In this document: positions 39,686 through 51,932 of the stretch, piece after piece
Numbering within the stretch: the first letter of the stretch is position 1
Layout of the letters: every line of letters begins with the position of its first letter
Assembly (NCBI RefSeq): GCF_964355755.1
Contig: NC_092680.1
Coordinates: forward strand, 18,795,045 to 18,859,044
DNA from: Antedon mediterranea
Taxonomy: Eukaryota; Animalia; Echinodermata
Direction of reading: 5' to 3'
DNA: 64,000 nt
Made by a program: the position numbers and the translations under genes
The notes under the pieces: model-generated
Databases searched by the model: none
Seen by the model: the letters and a program-made list of their open reading frames with translations, nothing else
Told to the model about the DNA's origin: nothing

Positions 39686-40206
39686 AGATTCGTAGTAGCC
39701 AAGTCCATTTGTATACGGGGTACGCCACAATTTCAACTCTGCATGAGCTAATCATCCTAAAAAGGTTATTTCCCAATGACATGATCTGAACGTTAGTAGT
39801 GCAATAGTATATCATTAACTAATTAACAAATAATTATGTAACTGATTTTACTAACGTTTTATTTGTCAACCTTAACTATAATGATCCCCATATGAAAGTG
39901 AAATAATCCGTGTCTACATGATGATACGGGATCAACAGCACGTAGGCAAATGAACAAATATAAATGGTAAATATTATCATAAAATTGTTAGCCTTATGAC
40001 GAATTTGGATAACTATAATCATATAATAAATACAGTATTATATTGTCAACAATTGTATGAAAATAAAATATAATTTTGCAGCGGATGCAGGTTATTGTGG
40101 GGGTTGGTGAGTTCAGTGACTAGCGGGCCAAAAATTGAATCAGAGATACCTCCATATGAGTCAACTATTTAGTGAAATTGAATCTAATGTTTTTATCTTT
40201 TTGTAA

Positions 40207-40384
40207 AGCGTGGTTCCCACTAGCGACGCAACGTAATGCAATCTACGCAACGCAAGCAAAGCCTTCTAATAATTATATTTGCCCCCGCCTGCGTGAAATC
40301 AAACCTGCGATGTTTGCAGCACTATTGCGTCGTCGGTTCCCACTTGTGATTACGCAATACAGCACCTTGCGTCAATACCACGCT
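40207..40384. mobile_element. MITE family B (AGCGTGGTTCCCACTAGCGACGCAACG TIR), partial
   Basis: Left TIR shared with the copies at 41527 and 41738. Confidence 0.7.
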
Positions 40385-41526
40385 TTATGGTTTATATTCC
40401 CGAAGAATCGGTACACGCACTCATAGTACCGTACCCCGTAAATGCGGCAACCCCCCCCCCCACCCCTCATCATGTATAGGCAATTTAAGAGAGACCCCGG
40501 GACTGATCGTGTATGTATTTTTATTTAGAGACGTTCCAATGGTTCCCTTTTACTTTGCTTACACTGATGACAATTCGCACATTGCAAAAAAATATGTTGA
40601 CCCGACCCAGTTGTCCAAGAAATAACCGAAACGATTATTGGAAAAATAACAAAAATGCAGACCTACTGTAGTCTTCAACATGGTAAAACCGGAACTCTGG
40701 ATCGTTTTTTGTTTGTTTTTTAATGGGAAGTGAAAGTAATTTAGTTTCAATAGTTTAAAATCTTTGGTATTAATGTTTGTATTCATATTATTTACCAAGC
40801 ACACATTAAACAGGTTGATATTGTGTATATTGCCCAGTTTATATATTGCATAAATTTTTTTTATAAACTCAGCTTTCATTGTGTCAACACGTATTATCGA
40901 TACCAGTCGTAAGAAGTTACGTGCCAGTAATCGCGTCAAACAAACACTAGTGACGTCATATAAATTTATGACCTTCAATGAAAAAACAGTGACCCCCCAA
41001 AATCTGGTCAACAATCAACGGAGAAAACGAAGCAGGGCCCTAATTTGTTATCAAATCAAATACACGCAATATAGGCCTACTTCTTTCAATTCAAACTAAA
41101 CTCTACTTTTTTTTTAAAGTTCGTTTAGTTTATATAGTGAATACGGTAAAAAAGACGTCATATGCCGTTTGGGAATTTTTACCATATTCTCTTTTTTGTA
41201 ATAAAACAATACTTATATTTATTTTGTTTAATGAATACAAATGTGAATTATAGAGGGTTGGAGGAGTCGTATCTGTTTCATAAGTGAGCCCGGTATGTAT
41301 TTACAATATCACTTAACTCAATGTCACTTCCAAAGTCAATCAGATAAGATATTTGACGGCAGCCCAATTGTGACTGTTGAGGATTTCACAGATATGCCAT
41401 ATTTTATAAACAATATACAATACATATTTATAATAATATAAAAATATTGAAACCTGAATAAATAAATAAAACTAACAAGCTCTATAATAATAGATGTTTC
41501 GAAACAAATTCAAAATGTTGCCCTTA

Positions 41527-41658
41527 AGCTTGGTTCACACTAGCGACGCAACGTAACGCAATCTACGCAACGTAATAGAATGCCCATCCAATCATTGTGA
41601 TTACGCAATACAGCACTTTGCGTCAATACTGCGTTGCGTCTCTAGTGGGAACGACGCT
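41527..41658. mobile_element. MITE family B copy
   Basis: TTA-AGCTTGGTTCACACTAGCGACGCAACG...CGTTGCGTCTCTAGTGGGAACGACGCT-TTA. Confidence 0.8.
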
Positions 41659-41737
41659 TTACATAATTTTGCATTGACATAGATTCGAATAGCAAAAACA
41701 CCTTTCTTTTTTTCGAATTTAGTGAATTGTTTTATTA

Positions 41738-41916
41738 AGCGTGGTTCCCACTAGCGACGCAACGCAAGGACGTAACGCAACGCAAGTGAATTGACCAATC
41801 ACAAGCGATGGCTTATTCGCTTGTGATTGTTAACTGTCTATATTTTCGCTTGTCATTGGTTAAAACGCTTGCGTTGCGTTTACGTCCTTGCGTTACGTTC
41901 TAGTGGGAACCAAGCT
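41738..41916. mobile_element. MITE family B copy (near-palindromic)
   Basis: TTA-AGCGTGGTTCCCACTAG...CTAGTGGGAACCAAGCT-TTA; degenerate relatives at ~22110-22255 and ~46140-46230. Confidence 0.85.
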
Positions 41917-42652
41917 TTAGACCCATAGAGCCTAATTTTCTTGTTCTCTGGCCCAAACCGAAATTGCACAAGTTTCGAGTTTAAACAATTTTAATTAATA
42001 GAAATTTTGTAGGATTTCAAAGACAAGTATGCTGTAGGTAAGTGGTTGGATCTCTGAAGATATAAATAAAATTAGTAGAGGCTCTGAATCAAGGTAATAT
42101 AAAGCGGCTATCAGAAGAGAGAAATACGAAATAGAAAGCAGTCCAAGTATAGCTGCCGGCCATGAGTGGATTAGAAACGAGGAAAGTAGAATTCTGTTTC
42201 ACCAAATTCAATTTATTGACACAGATTGCTGTAGTCGTCAACAACAAAATGTAGTCACGTAGGCTGGGATAAATATGACCTTAAGTGGAAAATAACTGAC
42301 CTGAAAACACGAGGGTCACTATCAGTACCATGGTCAATATCATCAACTTATCTGATTAAGTGGGACGTCATAGCTTATCACATCAAAACGAGTAAATACA
42401 TAGAGTCTGTAAACAGAATATTGGTGATTACCCGATAGATGATCTTGTCTGTTGCAACTCGGGCACTGGTTGCATAATATTTGTCTTCCTCAAAAAGTTT
42501 CTTACATATCAACAGTAAGAATATAATGTATTCTAATAATATTACTGAAAAAAATGACAATGCTGTGGGTATCAGTGACTTTATCTCAATGGAGATACAA
42601 AATAAAATAAGCAAAAACTGAATCAAAACGATAAAGTAAAACAGCGAGAAAA

Positions 42653-42700
42653 AGTAGCAGAGCTTTCGGGCAACACTAGTCCTTCATCAGTGCAAGTACT
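42653..42700 (-). ncRNA. Minimal type I hammerhead ribozyme, Penelope-like element type
   Basis: Minus strand AGUACUUGCA-CUGAUGA-AGGACUAGUGUUGCCC-GAAA-GCUC-UGCUACU: catalytic boxes CUGAUGA and GAAA, palindromic AGCU stem III, UC cleavage site, and stem I from GCA/UGC plus AGUA/UACU. Confidence 0.6.
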
Positions 42701-43945
42701 TAGACAAAGTAGCTAGTATTAAGCAGAAAAGCGCTACCCGAGTGGACTGGAATAAAAGAAATAAAAACAAAGGCGGCACAGGCTGGTGAATAGAGAGAGT
42801 AAGTGTAGAAAATTGATAGCTTGGTAAATATAAACAATTTTGGAATGGAACTAAAAATACAGCTTTAATATTGTAACTTAAATTAATACTTTTGGTTGGT
42901 CAAATGTAGAGAACAGTTACAATAGTTGATATTGCGAGGGAATCCAAGCCACGACTAGCTTGGCGTCCATACACTAACTCTAACCTTTACAACCATACCA
43001 AATAACACATCATGGCAAACATTATTTACAAAATTCAGTTTATTTTGATTAATAATAAATATACACATCTGCTGTAATAATACATATTAACAAATTTAGG
43101 AATGTAAAAATGATTTTGGTATTGTGTCCAAGTGGTGATTTTGTTTTAGAAAGTGTAGAAAAAACGTAGGATAAAACGTTTTTATGTTATTCTTGGCCTG
43201 AGCATATGTGCATAATATAATTATGCTGTTTATAGCCAACAACATGTCAAATGAAATTGAAAATGACTGATGAAGTTGGCAAGTCCTAACCAAAGCATTA
43301 TACATCAATTATCTAATAATTTAAAGGTTTTTTGGTGGTTAGACATCAATACAGAGCACTATAAATAATCTATCTCAGTGTAACATCAAATATTATTACC
43401 GTATTTATTCGAATAGAAGCCCCAGGGCATTTATTGTTCAGGAGGGTTTTTGGGGGGAATTTATTCGAGGGAGGCGTTTAATTGAATAAACTAGAAAATC
43501 AACTCTAACAAAAATATATCTCAAAAAGTCATCATATGGAAAGGGACAATAATAAGGCTGGTACTAATTGGTAAATTGGATACAGCAGTTTGAAGTCATG
43601 CCTTTACTTTGTCATGCACTATGCCTCTGTTACAACATATTAATGTGAGAACGTATTCTTTTATGATCCTTTTACGCAAACATTTAAGATCTTAGTCTTA
43701 TGTATATACTGTTCAAAAGATATGTATTTTTTTAACAATGTACCTTATAAATAAGAGAATTATATAAATGTGCATATATACATATATTATTTATATTTAT
43801 AGAACTATAATAAAAGTGGGACGAACCCACACAAGACAAAAAAAAAAACCATTTAAGATTTTTACCAAGAAATTATTCATGTTATTGCAATTAACCATAT
43901 ATAATTAATATTAATATATATAGAATTCTTAAATACCACACTGTC

Positions 43946-46900
43946 CTATTTTTGTTTAGATGTTGATTCTGTTTTACTTTTGAAATTTCTTTTATATTTT
44001 TTCCTCCTACCAAGTAGCTTGCGTGTTTCCTCAGCTGTTTCCTCTTCCTCCTTGGACGCGTTGTTAATATAACCTGTGACAAAAAAAATAGTTTAACCAT
44101 AAATGTACACAAACACATAACAAAAATGTATGCACTTTTGTCAACCTAATCATTTTTTAAATAATAATGTATATTTATTTTTGTGTGTTTTCTTGTTGAC
44201 ACAAAATCAATTTAATGTCACTTTTGAAGGAATATGAACAAAAATTCGCTCAATTTCAACAATAGGGTCTATTCAGACCTACAGAATTATGGTTTTGTAA
44301 TGTATGCAGCATACAACACCATAGGTCCTATTCAGACCTACAGAGTTATGGTTTTGTACTATATGCAGCATACAGTCCAGGTCTTTTTCAGAGTGAGTGG
44401 CAAAACACTTAAGACAGTGGAACCGTAATACCTTGCCATATTAACATCGACAAGAGTTCGAGCCTCACTCGCTCCATGGTTCTGGTGGTAGAATAAGTCT
44501 TCCCGGATAAGGACTATAAACTGTAGGTCCAGTGTACACATCATGTGCACTTTAAAGAACCTAGTACATCTTTCGAGATGAGTAGGGGGTTACCCCGGTG
44601 TACTAGTATACACACAGCCACTGTCCTCATCAAGAGGGCCCCTTGATTGTCAGCATATGCTGTTTAGGGTCACCCTCTATAAATAAGGTGTAATAAAAAA
44701 ATAAAATAAAAACGACCTACAGGAGAGTTATGGTGTTGTAATGTATGCAGCATACAACTCCATACAGTAGGTCTTTTTCAGACCTACAGAGGTATGGTTT
44801 TGTACTGTATGCAGCATACAAGTTCCAGTTCAGACCTTCAGAGTTTTTAAACATAAAAACAGAACAAGAGTAGGATTACTTAAAAGTAATTCTACTCTTG
44901 TTCTGTTTTTATGTTGTACATTCTGTAAATTGGCAAAATAAATAATGACAATTTTTGCCCTTTCCTGGAAAAAAGAACCACTTCCCCTATTCATTGATTA
45001 TTAGATAATTGTCAAGAACCATTACCTTTTTGAAGGCATATCTGTGTATTAGGGAAGTCAACATCCCAATAATGAGGTTGAGTAGCAGGGGGAGAGTAAT
45101 GACCTCTGTGACGTGAACAAGCCTTCATACGATCAGCCTTTTGTGAATCTGTCAAATCCATCGTACTGAAATACTTTAGGAGAAAAAAATGCAAGTTCAG
45201 AAACAATATTGTAAAAGCAAATAAAGAGCAAGTCCTCAACAATGTACAATAAAAAATAGTGAACACCAACACTTTCGATTCACACAACTAAATTTTCCTG
45301 TAGAATACTTAGTTTACTACAGTAGAACTCATCCGTGTGGGACACCTACATTATATGTAATGAAAGAGAAGCAAAATATATTTTTATTGCCAAACCTCCA
45401 CCACCAGAATCATGGAGTGAGTGAGCCTCGAACCCCTGCCGATGTTATGGCAACGTAATTACGGTTCCACTGTCTTAACCGCTCGGCCACTCACTCACTA
45501 TGTTATTGTTATACTGATAAAGGGGTCACGACTTAAAATTCAATGAACTTACTGCAACCTCCATCCACCCATAATATACACTGTATACTTATATGTTTGT
45601 TTAAATTCATTTAAATGCTTTGAAAATAAATGAAATAGAGGAATACACAAACAATACATACCGCTTCACAGTCTTTGCATTCAAAGCCTCTTAGTTTCCT
45701 CCTGTCTGCCTGCTTACGTACTACTTCTACGTACTTATAAGTGGGCTTCTCTTCAGCTACTGATGGCACCCTGTAGGAATTGCATACAAAATATGTTAAT
45801 ATCATCAGGTTTAAATTGTTTGCATTTAGTATCTATACAGTAAAGCCTCTAATTTTGCTCTTTCCAATTATGGCGACACCCTTCGAGGGGAACTTTCCTG
45901 TGAAACGGACAAGGGCAAATATATCATATATGACCAACACATATTCAGGGGACACTCCCTATAAATGAACGTGTCCTTTTAATAGAGATTCTACTCTAAT
46001 CTTCACCAACCATGACGCGATAGATTGTCCAAACTGGTTTTTTTTTTCAATATTTAACACAGAGGCACCTTAGCTTCAAGGCGCCTCGGATCAGCAAAGA
46101 AAAATCAATCAAATCTTCCAGAATTAACATGAAATTGTCACAAGTCAAAAGAAATCTGAAATGTTGTTTGTGATTGGTCAACTCACTTTAATTGTGCCTA
46201 CGTCCTTGAATTATATCCAAGTGGGAATCAAACTAATATTACCATGCTAAAGAGGGACAATAATATGATGATCAACCAAGTTGGTCAGACAATAAATAAA
46301 AATGTAACACATTAGTACTGTACAAGAAAAAAAATAATTACACATCGTAATCTTTGATGAAAGAATCAACAGGTAGCTTCTTTGGTTTCTCATCTTCAAC
46401 AACATTGGCCATATCTGTGGAAAAGGTAACATAACATAATGAACAAAATAAAATGTCATGATGACATTTCCAGCAATATACCTCCCTAATCTATTTTTGT
46501 GACTTTCCAGACATAGAAAATATTATAGTAAAGTTCCATTAATTTTCATAAAGACCTATACAGTACAAACTCTGTGTGGTATAGAGGATGAGAAAATGTG
46601 AGATTGAATTTAGTACAGTAAATTCAATTGTTATAAAAAAAAAAACTACCTCCATCATGTTCCTCATATTCCTCATTGACACCAAACATATCATCTTCGC
46701 TTAAATTCTCAACATCCTTATCAACCATCAAAGAATGAACAGCATCACCTTCTTGCATGTTAGTAGCAAAGGTATCATCTAGAATGCATGGCACCTCTTT
46801 GACAATGCAAACTGTGCCAGACTTTATTAAAACAGGTTTATGATTGGCAAGATCATTTGTCTGTGGAGTATTCTTGTCAAATTCGCTAAGATCAATGGCA

Positions 46901-49900
46901 GGATCTATAGTACCATTTAGAAAACTGTGATCAATTTCAATGTCTTCTTTTTTGCGATCAATTTCACGGTCTTCTTTTCTGCGATCAATTTTACTGTCTT
47001 CTTTTCTGCGATCAATTTCACTTCCATCTTTTTGGTCATCATATAAAGTTCTTCTTTTAACAGGTACAAAGGGTTTCTTGAATTCTGATGTCTTAAAATC
47101 TTTCAGAGACTGTTTAACAGCTTCTTGAAAATAGATGTCTTGCTGAGTGTCATCACAAGTGATACTGCCTTTGTTACTGGTTCTAATGTCAGAGCTACCT
47201 TTATTACTGCCATTAAAACATGACAGAGTTTTTTGGACAAGTCTGTGTTTTGCTGGAGAGTTTAAATTCATTTCCTTTTCAGTATTATCTTCTCTGTATC
47301 TTCTTTTGCTTTCCACAATATTTTTTGAATCGGTATTTTCATCAATAAGCTTACGTTTCTTACTAGTCGAAGGTGTTTCTTCTTCCATTTCTTGTTTTGA
47401 AGTTTTGTCAAACAATCTGATTTTCTGAAAATCAATTTTAGGTTCTCTTAACAACAATGGTGATTCATCAGACATGTAGCTTTCATCCCCTATCAGAGAA
47501 GCTGAAGAAGGAGTCTTTAGGGCCATAGATATCGAGGAAGATACAGGGGTCTTTTGAGTAACAACGGAAGGTGTTTTCTGGACAGAAAATTCAAGAACTC
47601 TGCTAGCATTCTTAGCTTTTTCTTCATCTTCTTTTGTAAGAACTGCTGAGATGTCTCGTTGGAATGTTGGTGAAGGAATCTGTGTACTATTAAGATCGAC
47701 CGGATACTGTGATTCTGACCTTGGCAATGAGGTGCAACGGTCAGCAGCCCACTTTGTTTGACCATCTCCATTCTTTTGTTTGTCTTGCTTACTAACCATC
47801 TGTCGTGCCTTCTTAATCTTTGGTATGTTTGGTGTACTGCTTAATGGTGGTACCTTCAACACTCTGCTCTGAGATTGAATCATTGTCAGATCATAATCTT
47901 CCATTTGCGAAGGATTTTCTTTACGTAAATTAAGAGAATTATCTTCTAGTTGAGGGGCAATCTGTGTGCTGGTGTATTGTGGGCCGTCCACCTTATCTTG
48001 TGTATTAAACACTGTTCCTTCATCATCTGGAAACGTGCATGTATCTGGTATTGACACCGACATGATATCTCTTCCCATAATGCCTTTCACATCAGGTGTT
48101 TTAATATCAGAATCATCTATTAACGGTATGTTAATCTCATCAGAAATGTCTAACGACATATCAGATGGAAAGGTATCTGGAACAAAAGCCATTTTTAAAT
48201 TGTCACCTTTTGCACCAATGTAATAGTCACTTTCATTGAATCTTCCTTCTGTTGCTATCTTAGTATTACTTTCTTTTGAACTTTGACCTGTGATTGGTAT
48301 AACTAGAGGTTTTGTCATCAACACACTCACTGCTACAGAACTTACTCCTTTCTTTCTTCTAAGCTTCCCTTTAGGCTTTTTAACTGGAGATAAATTAGAT
48401 CCAATTGTGGAAGATACCACTGATGAGGGGAAATCTATAAACAATATAATAGTTTGCAATTTAATTAATAAAGATTCAATATACCAATATACTTTTTAGT
48501 AAAACTTCCATGACTTTTGAACAGTGTTACATAAATTGTGCATGAATGGTTTCCAATAAAAATGTAAATTGTTTTCATCTTATGGTGTATACAAATAACT
48601 CTCCGATCATATTATATACTCTATCCATGACTTTTTAATGATAGCCATAAATTTTGAGGTGGGGACAATTTTTTAAATTATAATTCCATGATTTAAGTAA
48701 TACAGTAGTATGATCCTTATATATTACTGATACTAGATGATAGCCTACTCTGAAGTACTGTATTGAATAAAGGGGTATAAATAGCAAAACTTCCTAATAA
48801 TTCCAAACTAATAGGCTTACTTTCTGTTGAAGCATCTACACATGTTTTATGTTGATCTGTTGTCTCTTTACACTTTTTACATATTCTGTATAAAAAAAAT
48901 AGCAGGTTTCTGAATGAACATCAAGGTGGTCATATTATTAATATTTGCCGCGTAATAGCTATTCATATTTTGCACAGATCTGAAATTTCTTGTCAGATCT
49001 GAACGATTATTATTTGATGGCAACATATGCATGTTTACAGCTTTTACTTTTTATAAATCCAAATCTCACCAACAAATGAGTTTGACATTAAAAGTAAGGG
49101 TCAAAGGTTGGGCAGGAGGTATGTACTCTAGTATTATACATGTGTTTTACTTACTTATCTTTCATTAGCTCTTGCATCTTTGTCTTCATCATCTCGCGTT
49201 CATTTAGCATTAATTTACATTTTGTGTAATATTTCTTCGCATAATGAGCACTCCTTTATTAAGAAAAATATATTCAATATCAATCTAATTAACAAAAGAC
49301 AAACAATTTAGACATTTAACTAATCACAAGGATTTATTTAGTCTTTGTTAGGGACAGACCATAAATATATTCTGCAGTTACTACATCTAGAAAAATAAAA
49401 GCCATTGAAAAAACAGAAAAGAATGTAGAGATTTTGTGAGGTGTGAGCCAAGGGCAACCTAGGTGGAGGAGAATACATGAATCTCTTCCTTCATCAGCCT
49501 TCATCAGTGGAAATTTACTTCCATTTATTGTCATTTGCATATAAAATATACATAGAAATTATGTTTGCTCTGAGATATACAAAAACAGATATATGAAAAT
49601 TACAAATGACAACAACAACGAGGCTGTATTTAAGTAAAGTACGCAATTAGCAAACTTTTTTATACACGCTTTGCTGTTTATTACAACTAAAACCATATGT
49701 TACTTTAGTAAATATATGAACATTGTAGAATTACTTACTGATTTGCATTGGTGTGAACTTTTTGGTATCTTGTTGTTATCATGCATACCTCATCTTTTAA
49801 TTCTATTTAGAACAAAAAAATTAAATAATAACAATTACTTACATTTATTTATCAAATGGAAGTTATTTAAACTAATTTTGTAACATAAAAGTACAAGTGT

Positions 49901-50324
49901 CATTTAATATACTGTTAATATTACAGATATTTTGTTCAATAAAGTTAGTTTTATATGTATGTTTTAAGTTCTGTTTGCATGGTAACAGCAAATGCTAAAC
50001 GCATCACTTAATGATACAGCTTAAATTATCTGTTTTTTGCTAATATCAGGAAACAAACATATTGTATAATATACTATTATAATTATTTAGTAAAAATGTT
50101 TTACTTCTTCAAATGTATGCTTGATCTAAAGCTTTGTCTACATTATCAAACTTTATGTGAAAAAAAAAATGTGATGAATTTAACTATATTTTTGATAGTG
50201 TAGACCGAGCTTTATATTAAATTTTGAGGCAGCAATTAAAAATAAAATTACTTTTCACAATCTGCAAATGTGCTTCTTGTAGTTTTAACAGACAGCTCAT
50301 AAATTGATTATCATCATTTGCCAT
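43946..50324 (-). CDS. RBBP8: DNA endonuclease RBBP8/CtIP (Sae2/Ctp1 family), multi-exon
   Basis: Exons 50252-50324, 49739-49802, 49155-49253, 48821-48885, 46650-48434, 46342-46414, 45662-45770, 45026-45173, 43946-44073. N-terminal coiled coil plus CKKC; long disordered middle; C-terminal YVEVVRKQADRRKLRGFECKDCEAYF...ACSRHRGHYSPPATQPHYWDVDFPNTQICLQKGYI with the CxxC and RHR motifs. Confidence 0.9.
44266..44840. repeat. ~58-bp minisatellite interrupted by a SINE
   Basis: TTCAGACCTACAGAGTTATGGTTTTGTA.TGTATGCAGCATACA units at ~44270, 44330, 44715 and 44778, on both sides of the SINE. Confidence 0.75.
44392..44712 (+). mobile_element. tRNA-derived SINE family B with A-rich tail
   Basis: tRNA-like head (GAGTGGC...TTAAGACAGTGGAACCGTAA...GAGTTCGAGCCTCACTC); body shared with 61885-62110; AATAAAAAAATAAAA tail. 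Confidence 0.7.
45400..45498 (-). mobile_element. Inverted head of SINE family B
   Basis: Reverse complement of 44392-44490. Confidence 0.7.
46650..48434 (-). CDS. RBBP8: RBBP8 large central exon (disordered, S/T/K/D-rich)
   Basis: Lies within ORF 46624..48459; its acceptor and donor phases fit the flanking CtIP exons. Confidence 0.85.
50130..50201. mobile_element. MITE family A, internally deleted
   Basis: Both TIRs with a short spacer. Confidence 0.75.
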
Positions 50325-50799
50325 TTTCTTCTGTGTTTCTCTTTTTACTAAACCTTAAAAAATAAAATAATTATTTCTAACTAGGGAGGAGGTAGGGCCC
50401 GGGAAGGCGATCGGGACTAACAGACATAAAAAACAACCAGTTTTTATAGGTCTGAGATTTCGTCTTTTTTTAAAACTTGTGCATTATTGGGTCCTCAGTC
50501 GCAGTTTGGGGTACGTTCTTGGTGTTGACATGGTTATGACCATCTCAGTCACTTTTTCCATGTGTGTCATGTCAAGCGAAGCTCCTAAACCTAGCCCTAT
50601 TTATTATAATAATTAATTAAGGTATCTAGCCTAGGCCTACCTATTAGGCTATAGGTATAGGCCTAGCCTCCCAATATGTTATTATATATTATTAATTAAT
50701 TATTATTAAATAATAATTATTATAAATTAACTACTATTATTAGGCTAGTAATGTAGCTAGGCCTATCACATCTTTCTACTCAATAAAGACGATGAGTAA

Positions 50800-51470
50800 A
50801 TTATGACGAATAATAACGAATTTAGGCGCTCTATAACGAGCGGCCGACCTAACTAAATGGCCACCGAAATAATCAAACAACACCAACAGGCTGGCCTAGT
50901 CCCGACATACCTTACCTTACCAGGTCCAAGCAAGGCTAGCCGCGCCTATATATAGACTTACTTTTTTGGGCCTACAAAAAGGGTCTTAATAAAATTGTAC
51001 CTTTATCAAGCAACACAAGTATGCAGTGAACACATTTATAAAGTATTCTAAGATAACTGTTTAGTAAAATACTGCTTTCCCAGCGATGTCTGGAATGTAT
51101 TTTAGGCCTAGGCCTAGGCTTTGCTAGTTAGCTAGTATCGTGTCGTCTTTTGAAAAACCCGCAGTATTTATCAAGTGTTGCCAGATAATTTATGACATGT
51201 AATTACGTTGTTGTCGTCGATATTAATCTATAATTTTCTATATTATAAAACCAGGGAGTTGTAAAATACCCCCTGATAAAACTAAGATGGAAAAAATAAT
51301 TTTTATTTATAGTTAAAATTCATTTCTAATGTATATGATGTATATGTAAAACGTGTAAATGTAAATACAGTTTTAATTTTAAACACAGTGTAATGCACAG
51401 TGCTTTCTGCCAATATTCCATTTTGATCTACCCCATAGGTGGCGCTATTATGAAATAACAAAATGTCAAC
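50800..51470. promoter_or_regulatory. Bidirectional promoter region shared by RBBP8 (minus) and WRAP53 (plus)
   Basis: Start codons are 1.6 kb apart and diverge; locally CpG-richer; RBBP8 UTR-exon donor at ~51000; TAGGCCTA clusters on both flanks. Confidence 0.55.
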
Positions 51471-51932
51471 ATCAACATGTGTTGTTGGGTCTTTGATCTG
51501 TTTTTTTGGTTTGTGCATTTCTGTATAACAACTCTAATTTAATTCTTTATGGTTTTTTTTCTGTATATTTATAATATAACTAATGAAGTTAATCACTAGG
51601 CTGTCTCATCTTTTTTGGAAGCCTTGCCTTCTTATTTTATGATTACTGTATTGTAATAAATAATTAATAATATTAATAAGGCCTAGCTCTATAAAAAGCT
51701 AGGCCTAGGCTATGTTATGTTATTTATTGAATGTTTACTTATTAAAAAGGTGCTAGGAATAGGATGTAGTAGTAGTAGTAGTAGTAGTAATCAGGTTTAC
51801 AGCAACATTCTTTTTTACCACCTGGCAAAATGTTTGATCCTAATCAACAACTTGTTTTTGTATCATATTTTATTTATATTATAGCAATGCAAAATGTGAG
51901 CTGAAATTATATAGAAGTATTGAAATTGAATA

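Noticed and set aside
40559-41099. 151-aa and 72-aa ORFs between the microprotein gene and RBBP8
   Set aside because: AT-biased composition, no recognisable motifs or splice context; flanked by MITEs.
44392-44490. tRNA gene
   Set aside because: The tRNA-like head continues into a repeated SINE body and A-rich tail, and the cloverleaf is degenerate.
49480-49512. Tandem CTGATGAAGG motifs on the minus strand
   Set aside because: No following GAAA or stem III, so no complete hammerhead.
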